From: Batkoa obscura
Taxonomy: Eukaryota
Assembly (NCBI GenBank): GCA_030770535.1
Contig: JASVEC010000001.1
Location: 496,001-560,000 of the forward strand
Reading direction: 5' to 3'
DNA: 64,000 bases
The notes beneath the pieces are model-generated. The model ran no database searches. It was given only the letters and a program-made list of their open reading frames with translations, and had not been told where the DNA came from. A program made the position numbers and the translations under genes. This document shows positions 1 to 10,276 of the stretch, in pieces (position 1 is the stretch's first letter; each line of letters opens with the position of its first letter).

Positions 1-521
1 TGTTATTATACTATTTAACTTGTAAAAATACTATTAAAATTATTAAAAAATAAATGTTTTGTTATTATAAAGTTGTCTATTAATTTTTGTAATTTCTACA
101 ATTTTTATATTAAAAGTAAAAAATAATTAAAAATAATGCAAAAATATAGCTTGATATAAAATTTTTTTCTTTCAAATATAAAAACTTTAATAATATTTTG
201 TATTAGCTTTTAAAAATTTTTTTTTTAAAGATTAATTTTTAGAAAAATTTCAAAAATCATCTTATAATTAAACCAAATAATTTTAAAATCAAATAATACA
301 TAATGATAGCCTTAAAAAACATATTTTTGTTAATGTTTCTTTTTAAATTTTTATATAATAAATTTTAATATAATTAAAAAAGTATTGGCTCTTTGACTTT
401 TTATTCTAAAAAATTATTATTTTATTATTTTTGAAAACATCTCAGATAACTTTTTTTAATATTAAACTAAAAGTTTTGATAACTGATAACTTATACATTT
501 TTAAACATAAGCTACTTTTAT

Positions 522-629
522 ATACAAAAATATATTTTTTTGTTTAAAAATTTTATTAATAGCTTTTTTTATTTAAATAACACTTAAAAAATAAAAAAAG
601 TATTAAAATCAAAAAAAATATTCATGTAT
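522..629 (+). mobile_element. Heavily C>T/G>A-mutated copy of MITE family 1
   Basis: ATACAAAAATATATTTTTTTGTTTAAAAATTTTATTAATAGC...AAATAACACTTAAAAAATAAAAAAAGTATTAAAATCAAAAAAAATATTCATGTAT aligns colinearly with the intact copies at 1966 and 12417; nearly all differences are G>A or C>T. Confidence 0.7.
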
Positions 630-1216
630 TACATTTTGCATATTAAAAAAAATTAACATGATAAAATAAAAATTATAGTTTTAAAAAAGTTTAAATTTAA
701 TTAAAAAGTAATTTTTATAGTTTACCTTTTGTTTATAAATACCAACAATTATTATATTAAGTATAAAATAACAAGTATATTTAGCTTTTTTAATTAATAT
801 AATTTATATTTTATTAAAACAGTAGTAGTATAAAATTTTAACCAATTTTATTAATTAAATTAAATTGACGACTAATAAGTTAATGATTTAACTTAAATAA
901 ATAATTAAAAATTGTGAAAGTTGGTACTTAGTGTTAGGAGTTAAAAGCAGTTCTTGGTTGATTAAGTTGCCTTGAGTCGAAGGGTCTTAGTTTATATAAC
1001 TAAGATAGACTTAAATGAATAAGAATAATACGCAATAAGTTACGAACTATGTGAAACAATAGGATAGACAATACTACTGTAAAATATATGTAAGATATTG
1101 TCAGAAAGACTTAGTGGCTTTATTAATAGTACAATATCAGGGAGTAATTCAATTAAAAAAGCCTCGGGTTGTCATGTTGAAGAATCTCTTTCATACTCTT
1201 TGCAATATGTAGTTAG

Positions 1217-1370
1217 AAATTCTCACAGCAAATCAAAACAAGGAACTCTGGATTGATTATACCACATGATTTACGATTAAATTGATTACAAGACTACCAC
1301 TAGCTTTATAAACAAGTTAAATGATTATTATCTTATAATTAATCCGAGAGCTGATAAACCAATATTTCAC
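1217..1370 (+). repeat. Diverged direct repeat, copy 1 (partner 2158-2250)
   Basis: AAATTCTCACAGCAAATCAAAACAAGGAACTCTGG...ATACCACAT...AGCTGATAAACCAATATTTCACA matches AAATTCTCATAGCAAATCAAAATAAAAAACTTTGA...GTACCACAT...AGCTGATAAAGCAATATTTCACA. Confidence 0.7.
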
Positions 1371-1808
1371 AAAATGTAATACTAAATAGAATATTAGGTT
1401 GAAATTGTTTAGGTTGAAAAGTATGTTTAAAAAATTTATAAAAATTTATTTTTCAATTAATAGTTTTTTTTAAATTGTTAAACTTTAAATTTTATTATCA
1501 CTATTTAATAAAATTCATTATTTATTTTATTTTTATATTTGTATAAACTTTATTTGCTTTTATAATATTTAACTATTTTATTATTTTTATCAATTTTAAA
1601 TTAAATTATAAAATTACTTAATATAATGAACCTTATTTTTTATTATATTGATTTAAAATTATATTTTTATATCAGTTAATTAAATATTTAAAGTAGTTTT
1701 TTATTGAAAAAAATTTAAGTAATTTTAATTAAAAAACTATCATTTAAATTTAAAATTATTGAATTTTAATAATTTAATTTTTGGTTATTTTTATTTATTT
1801 AAATAAAA

Positions 1809-1890
1809 TATGGGAGTGTTTTTTTTTGGCTTCATCAATTTTTCTATCTTTTAAGCACTATTTGAGTAGAAAAAGTGTTAGTGAGCTTTT
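1809..1890 (-). mobile_element. MITE family 1, partial copy
   Basis: TATGGGAGTGTTTTTTTTTGGCTTCATC...TTAAGCACTATTTGAGTAGAAAAAGTGTTAGT is the reverse complement of the family consensus; one end is lost. Confidence 0.7.
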
Positions 1891-1965
1891 TATCAAGTAT
1901 TTGAAATTTTTTTAAAAATTTATTTTTAATTTTAATAAAGCTTTTAAACTTATTTATGTTTTTTA

Positions 1966-2067
1966 TATGGGGATGTATTTTTGTTTAATAATTTTACTAA
2001 CAATTTTTCCGCTCAAATAGTGCTTAAAAAGTGGAAAAAGTAATGAAACCAAAAAAAACACACCATA
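1966..2067 (+). mobile_element. MITE family 1 (~100 bp, TIR TAYGGGGATGT...), full copy
   Basis: TATGGGGATGTATTTTTG...CTCAAATAGTGCTTAAAAAGTGGAAAAAGTAATGAAACCAAAAAAAACACACCATA; imperfect terminal inverted repeats, TA at both ends, about 10 copies in the window. Confidence 0.85.
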
Positions 2068-2157
2068 TGGAACATGATAACAGTTATAGTTTATTATTGT
2101 AATTACCAAATATAGATATTAACGTGACAAAATAATGTTTTTTGCAATTGAGTGGTA

Positions 2158-2250
2158 AAATTCTCATAGCAAATCAAAATAAAAAACTTTGAATCAATTG
2201 TACCACATAAATCAAATTAGTTATAAAGCTGATAAAGCAATATTTCACAT
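2158..2250 (+). repeat. Diverged direct repeat, copy 2 (partner 1217-1370), internally deleted
   Basis: Shares both end blocks with 1217-1370 but has a shorter middle. Confidence 0.65.
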
Positions 2251-2415
2251 CTTTATATTAAAACTTATATATATTATTTAATTTATTTTTTTAATTATAT
2301 TTGTTTTTATTATTTTTATTTATTATTTTTATTGATAGTTCTTTTTTACTTAAGAACAGTTAAAAAAGTAGTATAATTATAATCAAAAAAGCTTTTTCTT
2401 AAAAATTATATTTTA

Positions 2416-2511
2416 TATAGTGGTGTTTTTTTGTTTCGCCTTTCTTCCTTTTTAAGCACTATTGAGCGAAAAAAAGTGTTAGTAAATTTTAAACAAAAAA
2501 ACATCCTCATA
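2416..2511 (-). mobile_element. MITE family 1 copy
   Basis: TATAGTGGTGTTTTTTTG...TTAAGCACTATTGAGCGAAAAAAAGTGTTAGTAAATTTTAAACAAAAAAACATCCTCATA. Confidence 0.8.
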
Positions 2512-3014
2512 TATTTAATTTAACATATTTGACACATACAAAATTAATTTTTGTCTTTATGAAAGTTAAAGTTATTTTGATAAAGTTTAAAATCTAAAAA
2601 CTATTCAAAAGCGTACATTTTAAAAAAATACTGATAACAAACAGGCCATTAAGCAATTAAAATCTCTTTGAACGTAATCGTGTTTAAAATTACTATGAAA
2701 ACAATGAATTATGAAAACAATGAACTTCTAAAAATACATTATAAAAAATCACTATGATTTATTTATTTTGTTTTTAATTTTACTTAAATAGAACATTTGA
2801 CCTACATCACGTTTCTAAGAATCCTAGAGGCTAATGACCTTTTTATTTTAGCTTTTTAAGGTCTAATTAGTTACACTCACTCTATATATTTCAAAGCCAC
2901 TAGCTTTTTTAAGTATTATTCTTCACTTGATCAAAACATTCTGTGCTCATCAATTTTTAATCCTTTGGGGTAAAAGAAAAATGTCAAAAAGAGGGGTGTG
3001 TCTAACAAGTGATA

Positions 3015-3177
3015 CAGCTGTTTACGTTCAAATGTGCAATTTTTTGAAAAAAAAATGGCTACTATTTATCTGGGTGGTTTTTTAAATACTGATTCTTAGG
3101 GTCTAAATGAAATTTGCGTCTAAAAATTCATCCTTAAATAAACAGTTAGCTACTGCACAATTAAACTTAAACATCTG
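3015..3177. mobile_element. MITE family 2-related element (~163 bp, TA-flanked) in the SulP-1 promoter
   Basis: TA|CAGCTGTTTACGTTCAAATGTGCA ... TGCACAATTAAACTTAAACATCTG|TA is a ~24-bp imperfect TIR pair; subterminal ATCCTTAAATAAACAGTTAG is shared with the 58592 and 13087 copies. Confidence 0.75.
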
Positions 3178-3313
3178 TAAATTTATGAACTAGAACAAAT
3201 CAAAACTGGAATAAATTTAATTTACTCAAATTAGCAGGAATTGGAATTAATAAAGTTGTAATGATTATGAGCTATACTATAAAAACTCAAAAAAAGAGGC
3301 AACTAAAATACAA

Positions 3314-5545
3314 ATGTTAACAACTTTACAATTTAGCGATGATATACACGAGAGAAGGTACTACGGTGATTTGAAACCCAAAGAAAAGCTTCATTTAATT
3401 GCTCAAGAAGTAAAGCGTGAAATGCCAAATTACTTTAAGTCTTTTTTCCCTATCTTTGGTTGGATTCCTAATTATAATCGTAAATGGATATTGGGTGATT
3501 TAATTGCCGGAATTACCGTGGGAATCATGGTTGTTCCTCAATCTTTAGCTTATGCTAAACTTGCTAACTTACCCGTGGTATATGGACTATACACCGCTTT
3601 TGCTTGTGTTGTTTTATATCCTCTCATGGGTACCTCTAGAGAAGTTTCTGTTGGCCCAACTGCTATGTTGTCTCTGCTAATTGGATCTTCTATCAATAGA
3701 ATAACAAAAGAAAGTTATGAGTTTTCTGCAATAGATATTGCAGTTGCTTTAACTTTTTTAAGTTCTATCGTTACAGCTTTATTAGGGATTTTGAGATTAG
3801 GAATCATTTTAGACTTGATACCGAATCCGGTAATCATGGGTTTTACTTCTGGTGCTGCATTAACGATTATTTTAACGCAAGTGCCTACTCTCCTCGGTAT
3901 TCCAAATGTATTTTCAAGCGATCCAACTATAACTGTCATTTATAATTTATTTTCTAACATTCCCAAACTCAACTGGATAGATTTAGTATTTGGAATAAGT
4001 TCTTTTATATTTATATATGCTTTAAACTTTATTTCTAAAAAAATGAGCTCAAAGTATCCAATCATGAGATTCTTAAAGGTTGCTTCAAATGGGTTAGCAG
4101 TATTGATCTTTACAATCATTTCATTTGTGATATATAAAGCTGAACCTAATTTTAATCTAAAAATTGTTAAAACGGTACCCCAAGGTTTTAGTTATATAGG
4201 TGTACCCAACCTTGATCCCAAACTATTATCCGCAGTTTCTTTTGATATTCTACCTGCAATTCTAATAGGTGTTTTAGAGCATGTAGCTTTATGTAAAGCT
4301 TTTGCAAGGCAAGCCAGTTATCAAATCTCATCATCTCAGGAGCTGTTTGCTTTAGGAATTAGTAATTTATGCGCCTCATTTTTTTCAGCTTATCCTGCTA
4401 CTGGTTCCTTCTCAAGATCCGCAGTAATATCTCAATCAGGAGTACACACTCCATTAGCTAGTTTATTTACAGGCGTAGTTGTTTTGATGGCATTGAGTTT
4501 CCTTACACCAGCTTTTTATTATATCCCGAATGCCACTTTAGCCGCTATCATCGTTGTTTCAGCTTCGTCGTTGGTATCTTCATACAAGACTATCTTTCAT
4601 TTATGGAAAATTCAGCCCACTGATTGTTTAGTTTTTCTGTTGGCAGCCTTGGCTACTTTTTTTGCAGGAACTGAGATTGGTATTGGGTCTTCCTTGGGCT
4701 TGGCGTTTTTGATATTAATCTATCGCATTGCACGTCCACACCTTTATTTATTATCTCAAGTTATCAATCGAACCAATGTATTTATTGACCATAAACATCC
4801 AGCTTATGACACTAAGTTTCCATTGCCCGGTGTTTTAATTTTCAAACCTCAAGAATCTTTAATCTTTCCCAATATTGATTACTTTAAAACTTGTATTTTA
4901 GATTTGGTCCTAGAAGCTACTAAAAGCGGTGCTCCACCTACGAAATCCGAAAATAAACTATGGTGCGAAGATTTGGAGCAAAGAGGGCATAAGCTTCGTA
5001 AATTACGTGAAGAAAAGACTGGAATTGCTGCTCCAGGTGTTCATTCTTTGCCTTTCCTTAAAGCAATCATTTTGGACTTTGGCTCTGTTAATCTCATTGA
5101 TTCTTCTGGACTAGAAGGTTTGTTTGATATCAGGGATACCTTATCCAAATACGCTGGGGTAGAAGCACTCAACAGATTATCTCTAGAAAACAACAAAGAA
5201 CCCGAAAAACTGGATTCTATTGAAGAAATCAATGAAGAGTTTATAGAAAGCCCACATAATCAATTAAATGATGGTTTTTTTGAGATTCATTTTGTGTCCA
5301 CTCATCCTCAAGTACTTAAAGTGTTAGAATTATCTGGAATTACTACTCCAGTTGCCCCAATCATCCTTCCTTCTGTAGTAAAGCATTTAACCGCAAATCC
5401 TATGTCAGTTCAAGATAGTGTAATGACTACATCTAGTCTTGCAGCGGGTGTTGAACCAATCGTAAGTAACGCTTCTTTATTTGTACATCTTACAGTGGGT
5501 GACGCTGTTAAAAGAGTGCGTAAAAGGATGGTTAAAAGCAAATAA
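3314..5545 (+). CDS. SulP/SLC26 sulfate permease with STAS domain (paralogue 1, intronless)
   Basis: 743 aa; GDLIAGITVG..VPQSLAYAKLA, GTSREVSVGPT, TGSFSRS and STAS IILDFGSVNLIDSSGL motifs. Confidence 0.95.
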   Translation: MLTTLQFSDDIHERRYYGDLKPKEKLHLIAQEVKREMPNYFKSFFPIFGWIPNYNRKWILGDLIAGITVGIMVVPQSLAYAKLANLPVVYGLYTAFACVVLYPLMGTSREVSVGPTAMLSLLIGSSINRITKESYEFSAIDIAVALTFLSSIVTALLGILRLGIILDLIPNPVIMGFTSGAALTIILTQVPTLLGIPNVFSSDPTITVIYNLFSNIPKLNWIDLVFGISSFIFIYALNFISKKMSSKYPIMRFLKVASNGLAVLIFTIISFVIYKAEPNFNLKIVKTVPQGFSYIGVPNLDPKLLSAVSFDILPAILIGVLEHVALCKAFARQASYQISSSQELFALGISNLCASFFSAYPATGSFSRSAVISQSGVHTPLASLFTGVVVLMALSFLTPAFYYIPNATLAAIIVVSASSLVSSYKTIFHLWKIQPTDCLVFLLAALATFFAGTEIGIGSSLGLAFLILIYRIARPHLYLLSQVINRTNVFIDHKHPAYDTKFPLPGVLIFKPQESLIFPNIDYFKTCILDLVLEATKSGAPPTKSENKLWCEDLEQRGHKLRKLREEKTGIAAPGVHSLPFLKAIILDFGSVNLIDSSGLEGLFDIRDTLSKYAGVEALNRLSLENNKEPEKLDSIEEINEEFIESPHNQLNDGFFEIHFVSTHPQVLKVLELSGITTPVAPIILPSVVKHLTANPMSVQDSVMTTSSLAAGVEPIVSNASLFVHLTVGDAVKRVRKRMVKSK

Positions 5546-5866
5546 ATTAATTTAATATTAGACGAATAATCAAATAGAATATTCATTTAGTTAGGATTTT
5601 AAAATAAAGTTAGGTCCTACATTTAGCATGTTTAAAATTAAAACCAATTTCAATATGGTATATGATGCTAAAGGACATATTATTAGTATGTGATGAAATA
5701 AAAAAAGTAAATTAAATTATTTGTTTTTTTGAACTTAAATTCATCCTATTTTTGTCTACACCATTAAATCTCATTATTTTTGTTATACTTTATTCCAAAG
5801 ACATTTAAAATCTTAAATTCGTTTTTCGAATTCAAATCATCACTTTTTAAAATTTAATTTCAAAAA

Positions 5867-7537
5867 ATGAATCGAACGATGGTATTAAACATAAGAAATC
5901 TAAAGTATAGAACTTTAGGCAGCTCAAAATATATAACAAATTTAGTATATAAAGGTAATTCAATTGACCATGCTTCAGTGAATGAAAAGAAGGGATTATT
6001 AAATACCAACTATTCAAAAAGGACATATACAAGTAAAGTGATAATTGATAATGAGATTATGAATAATGATGAAAAGGATGTAGTAATTGTTGGAGGTGGT
6101 GCCGCAGGGTTGGCGTTAACGTGTGGTTTAGGTAATCAAATTATTAAGCAACTAGTCTTTTATTAATTTTTAGCCCATGACTTATTAACTAAAGGTCCAC
6201 TTTCATATACTCCAAAACTTGCTTTAGTTGAAAAATTTAAGTTACCAAAGGTAAGAGATCCAAATGCAGAACCCTTACCATTCTCAAATCGAGTTGTTTC
6301 ATTGACGCCATCCAGTAAGCAATTTTTAGAATCCATTAATGTTTGGGAAAAGATAGATCTTTCTAGAGTAAGACCCTATAAGAATATTAAAGTTTGGGAT
6401 GCTATTGGTAAAGGAGAGTTAGAATTTGAAACAGATCAAGACTCAACAATGGCCTATATGATTGAATTAAATAATCTTACTTCTGCTTTAATGTCAAAAA
6501 TTAATGAGGCTATTGAATCTGGAATAAACATTGAATTACTTCAAGGTTGTAACTTGGATGAAATACAAAAAGCTGACTTAAATGAGAGCTTAGATTGGCC
6601 CAAATTAAGTTTACAAAATGGAGCTAGAAATATTAGAAGCAGGTTATTAATCGGCGCTGACGGAGCTAACTCTAAAGTAAGATTATTTGCTGATATTGAG
6701 TCTTTTGGTTGGGATTATTCACAAAGAGGAGTGGTTGCCACTGTTGTATTTGATCCACCATTAAAAGAAGAAGATCCTTTCGTTGGGTACCAAAGATTTT
6801 TACCAACTGGACCAATAGCCTTATTACCCTTAGATAAACAACACTCTAATTTGGTTTGGTCCATGACCCCAAAGATGGCAGAAAATATAAAATCATTAAG
6901 TTCAAATATGGCATCTAAATTAATAAAAGCCGCTTTTTCTGCAGAAGAAGGTGATCTCCAATATATTATAAATCAATTAGAAAATGGAACAATAGAAGCC
7001 TGTGATTTAGAATTAGATTGGAGACCAAAATTTGTTTCACCAGCTTCATCAAGTTCTTTCCCATCAATTAGTAACATTGTAGATAACACGGTGGCTTCTT
7101 TCCCATTAAAGTTACGTCACGTATCTAGATATGTTATCCCCCGTGTTGCACTTATTGGGTAATTTTAGCTTTTTGTTTAATGAAATTAATTAATTTATTC
7201 TTTCTTAAGGGATGCTGCTCATTCGATGCATCCACTTGCTGGACAAGGCTTAAACCTTGGTTTAGGTGACGTTGAAAGTCTTACCAAGCAATTAACTAGA
7301 GGTTGGAGAGGAGGTGTTGACCTTGGTGATCCTAATTTACTTCAAGGTTATCCTTCAGAACGCTATTTTCATAACTCAGCCATGTTAGGGGCAACTGATA
7401 AATTGTATCGTTTATTTAGGGCTACGGATCCTGTAACTACTACTGTTAGATCATTTGGCTTTAATTTGATAAATTATGGACTTCCTAACTTTGTCAAACA
7501 AGCTATCGTTAAAGCTGCTTCTGGAACTGGAGTTTAA
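5867..7537 (+). CDS. COQ6: Ubiquinone biosynthesis FAD monooxygenase (3 exons)
   Basis: Exons ~5867-6131, 6174-7158, 7210-7537; DVVIVGGGAAG, LLIGADGANSKVR, YQRFLPTGPIALLPL, GDAAHSMHPLAGQGLNLGLGD; basic presequence-like N-terminus. Confidence 0.93.
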
Positions 7538-7858
7538 CTTTGTTTATAAAAGTTTTAAATTTTAAATTGCAATTTAAAAATTTTAATATTTAATTTAATT
7601 GATTTTTCTATTAATTCATGTAATTTAAATAGTTCAAAAAATATAACCTATAAAGTATTGTTACATAAAAACTAATTAGAAATATAAAAGAGACATTAAT
7701 AGTTAGAGTAGATTAAATGGTTATTATTAATAAACAACTTTAATCTTAGTAATTTTATAAAATACCATTTTTAAACGAAAATTTAATTCAGCTTCACAAC
7801 TAAAATATTATTGTAAATTAATCTCATTAAAAAAACAATCATTTCAAATTTTAGTAGT

Positions 7859-8893
7859 TTAAGAAGAACCATCACTACTAGCTACTTCGTTTGTTTTAGG
7901 GCTGGAAAGATTATATTCATAAGCGAAATAAGTAAACTTAATAAAGATAGAAAATCCAATGTGTATCAAAATAGCTAACATAAGTAACCCAGAGCGCATG
8001 CCAGCCGATTCCGATCTTTTAAACACAGGATAGATATTTACTGCTAAAAAATACCCAGAATATGCAGAAAATGCAATCACAGTAAGCCATCTTACCCAAG
8101 AATAATTGATACCACAAAGGATCTAAAATGAAATTATTAAATCTTAATAAAACTGTTTATATTAAAATAACTTACAGCAGCCGGGATCCAAATTATCATA
8201 GAATAACCATATACTGTAATGAGGTCCAAAAGTACAGGTCTAGCATTGAAATAATTGGCAGTAAAATAGAATAAAGTAGGTATTAAAAAAGTATAAAAAT
8301 AAACTGAAAATAGAGAAGTCCAAATCATATTAAAGTCATACACAAAATCAATTCCTAAAAAAAAGGCACCAACACTTGTCATCAAAGAAGATACTGCAAA
8401 CATTGTACAAGCTACTAAAGTTGAGATCCAAAAAGGTCCATATAAATCTGGTTTTATGGATATATTTTCTAAAAATCTATCTCCTCCTGTTTTTATTAAA
8501 AATACTTGTTTAATCCTTTGTATTACTTCTTCAGTATCCACATCAAAATATTGGGCATAAGAATCAATTGAAAGCCATTTATTAGTAGCAGAAGTTCCAC
8601 TTTGTGGTACGGAGTCTGGATTAAAGCCAGAGTTGAAATCTAAATATTAATAAAGCTATTCTAATCAAAGATTATAAGGCTTACTTCGATTGTATTGTTG
8701 ATCATTAACTGTTGAGTTTCCTGGAATCACATTTTCTTGTGATAAAGTTGAAAAGTCTTGAAACTCTAATTCTGGGGCATCCATAAGGTCCTTAGTTATG
8801 TGAAATTACATTTAAAATTTACTTTTTATAATTCAAATAACTACTTACATCGTCTACCTCAACTACTGCTGAATATTCTCCTTTTGAACCCAT
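7859..8893 (-). CDS. Yip1-domain Golgi membrane protein (YIPF1/2, Yip5-like), spliced
   Basis: ATG at 8893; ELEFQDF, YFDVDTEEV and PDLYGPFWISTL motifs, multiple TM helices, three GT-AG introns. Confidence 0.85.
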
Positions 8894-9060
8894 AATTTTT
8901 TTTTCTTATTTCTTTGATATTAAAATCTAAATTAATTTTTCTGATAATAATCAAATTGAGTTGATTTTATTACCAATAAATTTCAAATGCCAAGAAATTG
9001 ATGACACATAAGCTTTTAGGTTTATAAATTTATATAAATTTTTTAGATTAAACCCGTTAT

Positions 9061-9144
9061 GGCAACCTGGCCGAGTGGTCCAAGGCGTTGCGTTCAGGTC
9101 GCAATCTACATCCGTAGGCGCAGGTTCGAACCCTGCGGTTGTCA
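9061..9144 (+). tRNA. tRNA-Leu(CAG)
   Basis: Acceptor GGCAACC/GGTTGTC, anticodon stem TTGCG/CGCAA with loop TT-CAG-GT, long variable arm, GGTTCGAAC T-loop, A73, downstream T-run terminator. Confidence 0.95.
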
Positions 9145-9563
9145 ATTTTTTACTTGAGAATTGGTTTTGGAACATCCATTTATAATACTATCCTTGAATA
9201 ATTCTTTTAATAAATAAAACTTTTTATATCTATAAAGTAGCTCTTATTTTACTCAAATAAAATAACCTTATAAAATATACACTTTATTAATATTATTATA
9301 GTTCCATTAGATAAAAAGAAAATGGTTAAAAATTAGAAAAATTATCTTATTTAATATTAATTATTTAATAATATCTGAAAAAAAAATAAATCAAACTTGA
9401 TAGAATTAAACAGGATTATTTACTGATTTAAAAAGACGACATATAGCTAAAAAAGCAATAAAATAAGCAAGGTGAATCAATTGAGGTAATTAGTTAGATA
9501 TTAAGGTAGTAATCGTTGGTAATTTTTTTTTAAATATTCTTTAAAACAGCTTATGCTGTGAAC

Positions 9564-10276
9564 TTAAAGAATAACGCATTTCTTTTTACTTTTCATCTTC
9601 TTTTTGCTTTTGTCATTTCCATTGCTGTCCCTTTTCTTTTGACAAATTAATCGAAGGATTTGATCATATACTTCATCTACATTAACTCGAGTTTTACTAC
9701 TGGTTTCAAAATATTCACATCCCCAATCTGAAGCTTTGGCCTCTGCTTCTTCTCTTGTTACTGTACGTGAATCAACTAAATCACTTTTATTACCAACTAA
9801 GATAATTGGGACCTGTTCTATTTAATTATTTATTAAAGTCAATGTAACTATTTATTTACCTTTGGATCTTCTGATACTCTTAATATTTGGTCTCTAAATT
9901 CATCTGTATGCTGAAACGACTCATACTCAACTAACGAAAATAAGCATAAAAAACCTTCTCCACTGCGATAATAATTATCTCTTATCTATTAATAAAAATA
10001 AAGATTAAAATAAAGATTAAAACAAAACTTAGAATATAAAATAAAACTTACTGCTGCGTACTCTTCTTGACCTGCAGTATCAAGGATATCAATTTGACAA
10101 TCTTTACCATCAAGGGTAATTTTCTTACGATAAGAGTCTGCTTTCGTTGGATCATACTCTTCAACAAAATCAGAATACATATATTGTAATGTTAGTGCTG
10201 ACTTTCCTACACCCCCTGAGCCCACCATAATCACCTTATGTATTGGTACGTTTTGTTTCCCCTTTTTTGAAGACAT
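9564..10276 (-). CDS. RAL: Ral-subfamily small GTPase (3 exons)
   Basis: Exons 10276-10052, 9985-9860, 9812-9564; [22 protein letters not shown], effector loop [33 protein letters not shown], polybasic tail and CAAX CVIL. Confidence 0.9.

Noticed and set aside
932..1174. Solo LTR (TG...CA, GC-richer patch)
   Set aside because: No target-site duplication and no second copy seen.
3715..5232. Short antisense or alternate-frame ORFs in SulP genes (also in VTS1, GH47, Bni4-like, RPL16 and over tRNA-Leu)
   Set aside because: Shadows of real genes, often with non-ATG starts; the duplicates at 40178 and 40290 simply reflect the conversion tract.
9061..9144. tRNA-Sec (TCA in the loop) or a CUG-reassigning tRNA
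   Set aside because: The 5-bp stem places CAG at 34-36; the 7/5 fold, U33, G37 and A73 indicate ordinary tRNA-Leu.
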